In this document: in pieces, positions 8,205-15,761 of the stretch
Numbering within the stretch: the first letter of the stretch is position 1
How the letters are laid out: each line of letters starts with the position of its first letter
From: a virus
Lineage: Duplodnaviria; Caudoviricetes
Length of the DNA: 64,000 bases
Reading direction: 5' to 3' (one strand)
IMG/VR virus record: IMGVR_UViG_3300032218_001677
Span: 1-64,000 of that record
Notes under the pieces: model-generated
Databases searched by the model: none
Seen by the model: the letters and a program-made list of their open reading frames with translations, nothing else
Told to the model about the DNA's origin: nothing
Position numbers and translations under genes: made by a program

Positions 8205-8975
8205 TTAATCTGGAAAGTAACCTTCAGGATCTATTTTAGCCCAATTTCCTGTTTCAAGGTCAATATGATCTTTAGCAACTTCGTCATTTTCCCGATCTCG
8301 TTGCCAATGTCTAACGCTTAAAAACTGAGGACCAAGTTCAAACGGATTTTTCCTACTAGTATTTCTTAAACTTTCTTCATTTGGATGTGCAATAGACCGA
8401 TTAACCATTTCAAGTTGTCTAGTACTTGGTGTAGTTCTATTACGATTTCTGTTTGCAAACTCAGTTCTTATTGACTTATCAGCATCTTTAAAAGACTGAG
8501 GGCCATGTGACCCCCAAGGCTCTGACGTACTTATATGCAAGCCACCATCAGATATTTCTTTCATTATACTTCCATGTATACCCCCTACAGGGTAGGTCTC
8601 CGCACGGATCTTAAAGGGCCCACGGTGTTGTAATTCAAATAATGCTTCATCCATGTCTATAATATGGTCAAGTGAATTGTTTCTTGGCTCACTATCTTCA
8701 TGCTCCACCATAGAATCACCACTTGCTGTAAGATGCCCTACAGAAAACTGTAATCCCTCATCATGACTATTAACTGAGAAGAGGTCTCTGGAACCATCCG
8801 GTGACCTGGCAATATGCTTCCTACTAAACTGAGGATGTGTAGAAGATAAATCAACACCCATACCTTTGCCAAAATGTTCAAGCCTTCTAATGTGGAATTC
8901 AGGATCATCTGCCCTGCCTAAACGTCCTGTAGAATCAGGGATCATCAATCCACTTGCGTTACGTAACAGTCCCAT
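8205..8975 (-). CDS. Hypothetical protein
   Basis: 256-aa ORF with RBS AAGGA. Confidence 0.65.
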   Translation of the reverse strand: MGLLRNASGLMIPDSTGRLGRADDPEFHIRRLEHFGKGMGVDLSSTHPQFSRKHIARSPDGSRDLFSVNSHDEGLQFSVGHLTASGDSMVEHEDSEPRNNSLDHIIDMDEALFELQHRGPFKIRAETYPVGGIHGSIMKEISDGGLHISTSEPWGSHGPQSFKDADKSIRTEFANRNRNRTTPSTRQLEMVNRSIAHPNEESLRNTSRKNPFELGPQFLSVRHWQRDRENDEVAKDHIDLETGNWAKIDPEGYFPD

Positions 8976-9050
8976 AATTTAATCCTTTATCATGTGACAT
9001 CCGTCACTATATAAAATCAGCAGTAGATCTATTTTACATCAATTTTAATG

Positions 9051-9539
9051 TTACTTTACAATAGCTCCGGTAAGCTTAACTGCGTCTGGGTCCCACACTG
9101 CAACAGTGCTGTAAGGCTTACCTTCTTTATTCACCCCAGAATTTTTATAGCCATGAAACCCGCGAGATTTTAGATGTTCGTGTAAGGCAGTTCCATCACT
9201 GAGAAACTCCCCATCACGATTCGCTTTGACGGTTGCGCCATGGTCATCTGAGGTGGCCAAACGGGCGTCAGGCGACAATTCTGCGGTAACCACAGCACCA
9301 GGCTCCAGCGGGGCTTTAACGCCGGTATATGGGTCATCATGGTGACCGCCCGTACGGGGAACTACATCAGTGGCGTAGTCTGAAGCTTCGGCAGGGTCTT
9401 CAGTAAAGTACATGGCCTGGCCGTACCGTTTGCCATTAATAGACGGTCTAGTGGTATCAAACCCGTCAGTAAGTATGCTGTTAGCACTGGCCAGTGATGT
9501 GCCATGGTACAAAGCAAACTGTTTAGGATTTAATGTCAT
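9051..9539 (-). CDS. ADP-ribosyltransferase-fold protein (H-Y class)
   Basis: LYHGTS...ILTDGF...YGQAMYFTED...ASDYA and terminal GFHGY...VAVWDPDAVK. Confidence 0.7.
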   Translation of the reverse strand: MTLNPKQFALYHGTSLASANSILTDGFDTTRPSINGKRYGQAMYFTEDPAEASDYATDVVPRTGGHHDDPYTGVKAPLEPGAVVTAELSPDARLATSDDHGATVKANRDGEFLSDGTALHEHLKSRGFHGYKNSGVNKEGKPYSTVAVWDPDAVKLTGAIVK

Positions 9540-9550
9540 TGTTTAATATA

Positions 9551-9871
9551 TTAAAGATCAGGGCGATTAGGTGACAGAAAGGGATAGTACATTGGAGTAG
9601 AATAATTATCGTCATGGCGATTCTTAAATGCACTATCAATAACCTGAGCATCCCACTTGGTGGCGATGTCATCTGGACCAAGGGTATCTCGGTTGTCACG
9701 ATATTCATCTAGGTATTTTTGGTTGTCTTCTGGGGTTACATCTCTTCCATCTGCAGGATAATAACCTTCGTATCTCCAGGCCTTGTTTGTTTGATTAGCC
9801 AGCAAGTGGGCTAACCTGGTAACTTTACGTCGTGGATCTCTTGATGTGTCTTCACCATATGGACGTGGCAT
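9551..9871 (-). CDS. Hypothetical protein with N-terminal TSRDPRRKV motif
   Basis: ORF with RBS AAGGAG and upstream promoter-like repeat. Confidence 0.65.
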   Translation of the reverse strand: MPRPYGEDTSRDPRRKVTRLAHLLANQTNKAWRYEGYYPADGRDVTPEDNQKYLDEYRDNRDTLGPDDIATKWDAQVIDSAFKNRHDDNYSTPMYYPFLSPNRPDL

Positions 9872-9890
9872 AAGTAACTCCTTAGTTATG

Positions 9891-9906
9891 GAATAGGTCT
9901 ATTATA
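9891..9906 (-). promoter_or_regulatory. Promoter-like 16-mer TATAATAGACCTATTC, copy 1
   Basis: Identical to 10549-10564; begins with a consensus -10 and lies about 20 nt upstream of a start codon. Confidence 0.65.
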
Positions 9907-9908
9907 TC

Positions 9909-10532
9909 TCAGTTTAGAATATGATCGTCAAACTCACCGGTATACATATTAAAATACCTAGGGTTTTCTAGTGGTCCGGAACTTGTGCTTCCTACCTTCA
10001 AGTGGCTTGTTGAACCATCTAAAAAATGAGCTTTACGTCCAAGCATCGCGTCTGTATCAACTCCACGTTCTTTGATAAAATCCATAGTTCTTTCACGGTC
10101 TGCTTCTTCACCTATTACATCCCCTATATGAGGATCTGCACCTGGTCTATCTCTTAGTACTTTGTCAACATGCTCTTTAGCACCTTCTTCATTTAAACCT
10201 ATTTCGTTTCCTTCATTCCATGTCTTGCCACCACTATATAACCCCCATGGAGCAGCACTAACTGTAGCTTCGTGACCTTTTTCTTTAGCACTACCGACTT
10301 GACCAATAGAAAGAGTAGCTGGTATTTTTCTATTTTTTAAAGGTATATTTGCACGTAAGTTACTACCATAATGTTCATCATAAGGGGTATGCCTATACTC
10401 TGGCTGACCTATTGGAACTATATGACCAGTTGGCAGGTGGGCAAACCCCGGGGTAATATCAACACCTGTATTTTCTTTCATACTTTGGAGTATACCTCGC
10501 ATCTGTTCACCAGTTAGATGTTCATGTGACAT
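9909..10532 (-). CDS. Hypothetical protein (start MSHEH)
   Basis: RBS GGAGG precedes the ATG at 10532. Confidence 0.65.
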   Translation of the reverse strand: MSHEHLTGEQMRGILQSMKENTGVDITPGFAHLPTGHIVPIGQPEYRHTPYDEHYGSNLRANIPLKNRKIPATLSIGQVGSAKEKGHEATVSAAPWGLYSGGKTWNEGNEIGLNEEGAKEHVDKVLRDRPGADPHIGDVIGEEADRERTMDFIKERGVDTDAMLGRKAHFLDGSTSHLKVGSTSSGPLENPRYFNMYTGEFDDHILN

Positions 10533-10548
10533 AAGATCCTCCAATTAA

Positions 10549-10564
10549 GAATAGGTCTATTATA
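10549..10564 (-). promoter_or_regulatory. Promoter-like 16-mer TATAATAGACCTATTC, copy 2
   Basis: Exact repeat of 9891-9906 at the head of the minus-strand block. Confidence 0.65.
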
Positions 10565-10799
10565 ACCCATTTGACGGTTGGGCCGCTTTACGTTGTAACC
10601 GGTTAAGTTGCGGAATAGGGCTATATGGGGGGTAGTGGTTCCTTGGCAGCTGGCCTCTACCCCCTGTGCTTGGTGGCGTTCGGCATAATGGTATAGGTGG
10701 TCGGTGAACGACGACAGCGAGTGCTACAAGGCACTGGCGGAAAGTTCTGCAACTGCACCATTTAGGGAAATCACTCCCGCTTACCGAAAGGAAACTCAA

Positions 10800-11402
10800 T
10801 TGTCCACGACAACCAAAGCCCCCAATGTATATGAGCAACTCAGGACGGGTATCACCCTGATGGGCACTGCTGTATCTGCGCAGGTGAAAGCAGAGACATT
10901 CTTTGCGGAATTGTCCTCGCGAGCCACGGCGATCAAGAACAGTATCCCAGCAGAAATCGAACGCGAACTCTCCGATACTTGGAAGAACGCTATCGGTCCC
11001 GTCCCCGCAGGTTTCGGGCGTCTCATTCAGGCGTTCGGAGAGTTCTGCTTGTTGGATAACAACAGCAAGTTCACCGATTACTATCGGGCTTTCACCACAA
11101 TCATGCGGGTCGATGCCACGAAAGTGGCTGATGTGTTTACCAAGTTCAAAACACAGCGTGGTGCTTTCAATGCGTTCGTCGCATTGACCAAGCCTGCCGC
11201 CGCTGTTGCGACTGTTCAAACACCCGCTGAAGTGTCTGCCGAACTGCAGAAGAAAGCCCTTGCCACCAGCAAGGGTGTCAATGCGGTGCTTGCCTCAGTT
11301 CAAACTGAAATCATCGCTGGTCGTATGACCGACGATGGCAAGGCATATCTTGAGAGCCTCGTCGCCGCTGGTAAGACCGCGGCAATGCTGCTTCAAGCCT
11401 GA
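10800..11402 (+). CDS. Alpha-helical hypothetical protein, first gene of the plus-strand early block
   Basis: TTG start after AAAGGAAA, in frame with the track ORF 10704; visibly GC-richer codons; own terminator. Confidence 0.75.
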   Translation: MSTTTKAPNVYEQLRTGITLMGTAVSAQVKAETFFAELSSRATAIKNSIPAEIERELSDTWKNAIGPVPAGFGRLIQAFGEFCLLDNNSKFTDYYRAFTTIMRVDATKVADVFTKFKTQRGAFNAFVALTKPAAAVATVQTPAEVSAELQKKALATSKGVNAVLASVQTEIIAGRMTDDGKAYLESLVAAGKTAAMLLQA

Positions 11403-11413
11403 GTTGCTCACCC

Positions 11414-11460
11414 GTGACCCTCACGCTACCTAGTGTAGTGTGAGGGTCACTTTTTTTTTT
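11414..11460 (+). terminator. Rho-independent terminator
   Basis: 16-bp stem GTGACCCTCACGCTAC/GTAGTGTGAGGGTCAC (one G-U) followed by 10 T. Confidence 0.9.
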
Positions 11461-11604
11461 ACTTTTTTTCTCTCTGCCCTGCCCCCTCTGCTCTGGGTGC
11501 GTTTATCGCCCAGTGTGTGAGGAGGACAGCGCTGGACGAATTAGCGTCGCAAGTGTGATTGCGTCAAGGGTGACGTCCTATAGGGCCGTTCCATGTGTCG
11601 TTTG

Positions 11605-11661
11605 CGTGTGACATATGTGACACCCTATGACAATTGTCACATGATGTGGCATTTGTCACAT
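11605..11661. repeat. Cluster of TGTCACA/TGTGACA direct and inverted repeats around the palindrome TGACAATTGTCA
   Basis: gtgtgacatatgtgacaccctatgacaattgtcacatgatgtggcatttgtcacat in a non-coding block. Confidence 0.7.
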
Positions 11662-11962
11662 AGATTTGGCCTATGAGTGGGCCTATGGCGTGGTTGAGCA
11701 CCAAAATTGCGGTGCACGCCCTGCTATAGCCACTACTACCCCCATTCAGTAGTTGCTATTCACTGTATTTCCCAGTGAGTCCACTGCATAGGTGAGTCAG
11801 TGAGTGTGTTGCGCATACCATTGCTTGCACCACCACTGACAAGATCATCACTGTCTCTATCACCATTGGCTAGAGCAGTGTATATACCATCTCCTTATAT
11901 AAAGGGGAAGGTTAATAGGTTTGGGCGAAAAAAGTCGTCCATTGAGTGCCTAAGGAGGCATA

Positions 11963-12358
11963 ATGTCAGTAATGCAGTTAGAAAGGGAATACTTCCAGTT
12001 GCAAGCAGATCATGGGGTTGGCAACCCCTTGTGGGAAAACTGGGAGTGGAAAACCTATAAGGGTAATCACTACTCATATAGTGGTTATAGTCAGAGACTG
12101 TACCAAAAGTACCCGTCACTGAACCGCATTGAAATCCTCATGGATGAAGTGCTACAACTGTGGTTCCCTGAGAAGATTGGGTTTCGCCCCTTGTTTGTAG
12201 CAGCAACTGAGTCAGGTGAGAAGAAGTACTTCAATACTGAACGAGTTGTTTCATACACCTCTATTGATTGGCCAATGATCCGATCAGATGAGGGCGATTT
12301 ACAAACGTGGGTCACTCTCAAAGATGGTAAGTGGGTCATGGAATTAGTGGCCAAGTAA
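11963..12358 (+). CDS. Hypothetical early protein
   Basis: RBS AAGGAGG; 131 aa. Confidence 0.7.
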   Translation: MSVMQLEREYFQLQADHGVGNPLWENWEWKTYKGNHYSYSGYSQRLYQKYPSLNRIEILMDEVLQLWFPEKIGFRPLFVAATESGEKKYFNTERVVSYTSIDWPMIRSDEGDLQTWVTLKDGKWVMELVAK

Positions 12359-12397
12359 TCGAATAGGACCTGGGACAAGTCATGAAACTGTCCTCAC

Positions 12398-12474
<77 letters not shown>

Positions 12475-12505
12475 TAATCTTACATAACAAACGAAAGGAT
12501 AGATT

Positions 12506-12913
12506 ATGACACCAGAGTTAAGCCATGAAACCAAAAATGCCGTTGTGAGGCAAGGTAAAGAGCGTTTAATCGCTCACCTTATGAACGACGGTATCCTAGA
12601 ACCTAATCAGGCTCTAGAATTGCTTATGTTAGAAATTGGGTTTACCCCAGTAGAAACAGAAGCGTTCATCAAGCAGATTGCCGACTTCTACAACAAGATA
12701 GAAGGCAAGCCCCGCTGGACGGAATGGGATGACGCTAACATCGTCACCATGTACGAAGAGGGTTATCTCCCCAAAGATATAGCAAAGCGTCTTGGGCGAA
12801 CTGTTGCTGCGATCAACCAGCGGATATTTAGACTCCGCCAATTAGGGCATAGTCTGCCCTCCCGTCGTCCAAGGATGATTGGAAACTCTTATGCGCACAA
12901 GGAGGTGTCATGA
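12506..12913 (+). CDS. HTH DNA-binding protein
   Basis: WTEWDDANIVTMYEEGYLPKDIAKRLGRTVAAINQRIFRLR. Confidence 0.75.
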   Translation: MTPELSHETKNAVVRQGKERLIAHLMNDGILEPNQALELLMLEIGFTPVETEAFIKQIADFYNKIEGKPRWTEWDDANIVTMYEEGYLPKDIAKRLGRTVAAINQRIFRLRQLGHSLPSRRPRMIGNSYAHKEVS

Positions 12914-13137
12914 ACCCTTTAGATAACCTGGGCGATAAACTCTACCGACGACTCACTAACAATGAGTCAGTTGAGGTAGAGGAATACGTCATTAAAACGT
13001 ACGGCCAAAAGGTTGGCATGCGGATTATCCGTTTGGCTGACAACATTGGCTGGAGTGATGGTGAAGAGTTGATTACGGCAGTAGCCGCTTACAACCGTGC
13101 GGTTCAGTATTACCGCAGACAACGGCTTGCTATCTAA
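12910..13137 (+). CDS. Hypothetical protein
   Basis: ATGA overlap and RBS AAGGAGG. Confidence 0.65.
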   Translation: MNPLDNLGDKLYRRLTNNESVEVEEYVIKTYGQKVGMRIIRLADNIGWSDGEELITAVAAYNRAVQYYRRQRLAI

Positions 13138-13553
13138 GCCCCTGATGTGTGGGCTAGTAGATGACACTGTGCTATCTGTGAATAGTAGAAGAAATTTACG
13201 AAAGCGTTGGGTAAGGCAGTTTTGGCTTAGATGCCGGGTTTGCCCTTTAGCAGCATCGCTGTCTTACCCCCTAATACATCCCCAGGAAGAAGCGGCTGGG
13301 TATCAAGTGAGCTGATGGGCGAAAGTGTAGGCCCTAGTATCCCGAGTACCTCATCGGGCAAATTACACTACGAGGATATGGTCTGCTCGACCTTAAAACT
13401 GGCAAATTTACAAGACTTGCACATTTGCTTGTATCTTATAAAATGTGTCGTGATTAGAAAGCCAACGTAACGGATTTATCTCGGAATACTGCTTCCGTCA
13501 ACTGTGCAGTAGGCTTTTTGTGTGTTTTTGGCCGTATAACAAAAACACACACT

Positions 13554-13626
13554 GCACCAGTAGCTCAATGGATAGAGCAACAGACTTCTAATCTGTAGGT
13601 TGTAGGTTCGACCCCTACCTGGTGCG
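13554..13626 (+). tRNA. tRNA-Arg(UCU)
   Basis: Acceptor GCACCAG/CTGGTGC, ACAGA-CT TCT AA-TCTGT, T arm GTAGG-TTCGACC-CCTAC. Confidence 0.92.
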
Positions 13627-13649
13627 CCCACCAAAAGAAAGGAATAGTA

Positions 13650-13982
13650 ATGACCGTATCAATAGTTATATATACAAATGGGGATATAACCAAAGAAAAC
13701 TTAGTTGGGTATCAACCATTGTCTAAAGCAATTGGTGGACTTATTGAGTCCGTTCCAGCAAACCCAGAAGTAACAATCTGGTGTAATGAAGAAGGCAAGA
13801 TACTCAATCTTAACTACAACTCAGTCGCTACAGACTTTTGGGAAGTGTTCGACGACTACGGTTGCGTAGCAGCTGGTGATGTGTTAGTTGGGACAGTTGT
13901 TATTCAGGGCCCAATTGATGAAGAAGGTGAAACAACAGATGTTGATCAAGCGATTCTGAAATTGTTGGGCCTCGATGAGTAA
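13650..13982 (+). CDS. DUF3846-like protein
   Basis: AIGGLIESV...IWCNEEGKILNL..N..AT...DVLVGTVVI pattern. Confidence 0.75.
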   Translation: MTVSIVIYTNGDITKENLVGYQPLSKAIGGLIESVPANPEVTIWCNEEGKILNLNYNSVATDFWEVFDDYGCVAAGDVLVGTVVIQGPIDEEGETTDVDQAILKLLGLDE

Positions 13983-14126
13983 AACAAGAGTACAACACCA
14001 ATACACCCACTTCTTAGGGTGTGGTCACATAATTCTTATGCTGGCTAAAGTCAGCAGAAGTAACAGGGATGTTGTAAAGCGCAACCCCTGCTGTTGCCCC
14101 AAGTGTGGGGCGGAATGGAGGAAACA

Positions 14127-14333
14127 ATGATCCAAACCCCAATATCGCTGAGAGCAACCTTACGGTTTCTCTTGGCCAACTATGACATCCCACTTGACAG
14201 GCGGGACATGTCAGATGATAACAATCTCAAATGGTTACAACGTAACCTTTTGATTAACAATGCTAATGATGACTTTATATCAGTAGCACTCACATACATA
14301 GCACGGATCTTATCCGGAGAGGAATGGGCATGA
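14127..14333 (+). CDS. Hypothetical protein
   Basis: RBS GGAGG, ATG at 14127. Confidence 0.6.
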   Translation: MIQTPISLRATLRFLLANYDIPLDRRDMSDDNNLKWLQRNLLINNANDDFISVALTYIARILSGEEWA

Positions 14334-14487
14334 TTTATCTATTGGGTTGGGGCATTTATTTGTCCTTCATTGGATTGGCCGTGTGGCCAATCAAAGTAAT
14401 TGTACAAGAAATACGTCAAAGGTCATTAAATAATGACTTTGACGAGTTTGACCAAGAGTTTCCATTTATGTGGGAAGAGGAGTAAAC

Positions 14488-14841
14488 ATGAAACTCAAGA
14501 AATTTAAATCAGTGGAAGAGATTGGTGAATGGGTTGCACCCGACAATTACTTCCCAGGGCAAGAACTGGCTATAGCCGGGACTTTAAAATGCCCAACTTG
14601 TAATACACAGGATTGGATAACAATCCCATACGACGATGTGACCATGCTTATGGCACTTCGTTTCGAAATGCAAGACTACCCTGAGAAAGCGGGGGAGATT
14701 ATACATACTCTTAAAGAGTTTGTTGATAATCTTGGCTACTTCACAGCTGAAGAGAAGCATCAGTTTATGTGGGGATTCTGTAGCAATGATTGCATTGCTA
14801 CTTGGCTAATTGCCAATCCTCCGGAGGACAGTGATGAATGA
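14488..14841 (+). CDS. Hypothetical protein with CxxC motifs
   Basis: CPTC and CSNDC; RBS GAGGAG. Confidence 0.6.
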   Translation: MKLKKFKSVEEIGEWVAPDNYFPGQELAIAGTLKCPTCNTQDWITIPYDDVTMLMALRFEMQDYPEKAGEIIHTLKEFVDNLGYFTAEEKHQFMWGFCSNDCIATWLIANPPEDSDE

Positions 14842-15046
14842 GCCAATCGGTGTCAGTGCATGGATTCACCCCCCTGTAAAGGGGCGTGATGTTTGGTTAG
14901 TTGAATTAACAACCAAAGAGGGAGTGGGTAGCAAAAAGTTTGCAACCTCAGTCCAAGCCTTTAAGTTCCTTGAACAAGCGGCAGAAACGTTGACCGCACG
15001 TCTTGGGCCAATGAAAGTTGAAATGTTCTCAAACAAGGAGAGATAA
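14834..15046 (+). CDS. Hypothetical protein
   Basis: RBS GGAGG; overlaps the upstream stop. Confidence 0.55.
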   Translation: MNEPIGVSAWIHPPVKGRDVWLVELTTKEGVGSKKFATSVQAFKFLEQAAETLTARLGPMKVEMFSNKER

Positions 15047-15048
15047 AC

Positions 15049-15300
15049 ATGTTTCCAGAATCATTTGGAGCATTACAAATACCACTAAACGAAGAGAAAG
15101 GAGCACACGTTTACGTACGACAAGATGGCCATACAAAGTGTTTGGCCGTTTTAGTTGACGGAGCATTTATACCAGCACAGTGTTGGACTCACCATCCATC
15201 TGATGTGTCAAAAACTTGGGTTGTCTTTCAAGATACCCAAGGATTAATTGAATTACTCGACGAAGCAGCTATCTACTTTGAGGAGGAAGATAATGCGTAA
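15049..15300 (+). CDS. Hypothetical protein
   Basis: RBS AAGGAG. Confidence 0.6.
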   Translation: MFPESFGALQIPLNEEKGAHVYVRQDGHTKCLAVLVDGAFIPAQCWTHHPSDVSKTWVVFQDTQGLIELLDEAAIYFEEEDNA

Positions 15301-15532
15301 ACATAAGGTATGCGTAAGCATATGTGTTGAGTTGGATGGGGATATGTATTTCCCCGAACGCTTTCAGCTTGACCCACAGGATGTGTTAAGCATTCGATCA
15401 AAGATGGCCGATGATGCTGAACCGTACATGATAGAGATTTTTGTACAAAAGGTTCTGCAATCATCTGTAGAAGATCTGGGGGCCAAGTGCGGAAGCATGT
15501 GGTCAACCAGTGAGTCATGGGAGGAACCGTGA
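15293..15532 (+). CDS. Hypothetical protein
   Basis: RBS GAGGAGG; tightly packed. Confidence 0.55.
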   Translation: MRKHKVCVSICVELDGDMYFPERFQLDPQDVLSIRSKMADDAEPYMIEIFVQKVLQSSVEDLGAKCGSMWSTSESWEEP

Positions 15533-15726
15533 AAACGTGTGTTTATTGTGGGTGCAACATGCATCCAGAACGACAGTTCGATTACTGCATGAGCAGTGAT
15601 TGTTATAAGAAAGGCTTCAAGCAAGCCGAGTATTACGTATTAGGAGTACATAAAAGTACTCCTATTGTGTGTGGTCCAAACTCTAGCGAAGTGAAGGCAC
15701 AAGTGTCCTTCATGAATACCAAATAA
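15529..15726 (+). CDS. Small Zn-finger-like protein
   Basis: CVYCG...CMSSDC; GTGA overlap. Confidence 0.55.
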   Translation: MKTCVYCGCNMHPERQFDYCMSSDCYKKGFKQAEYYVLGVHKSTPIVCGPNSSEVKAQVSFMNTK

Positions 15727-15761
15727 CAAACAAACAACAACGTCCAAGGAGGACAAGCATC

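Noticed and set aside
10560-11219. Minus-strand 219-aa ORF
   Set aside because: Antisense to the GC-rich gene 10800-11402, which has the RBS and terminator
13308-13340. Hammerhead ribozyme-like CTGATG...GAAA
   Set aside because: Reads CTGATGG rather than CTGANGA and has no stem II between the motifs
13370-13633. tmRNA or SRP RNA
   Set aside because: An aactg-gca-aat resume-like stretch is present, but the frame does not end in an Ala-Ala-type tag, no matching tRNA-like ends were found, and the SRP domain IV match is incomplete
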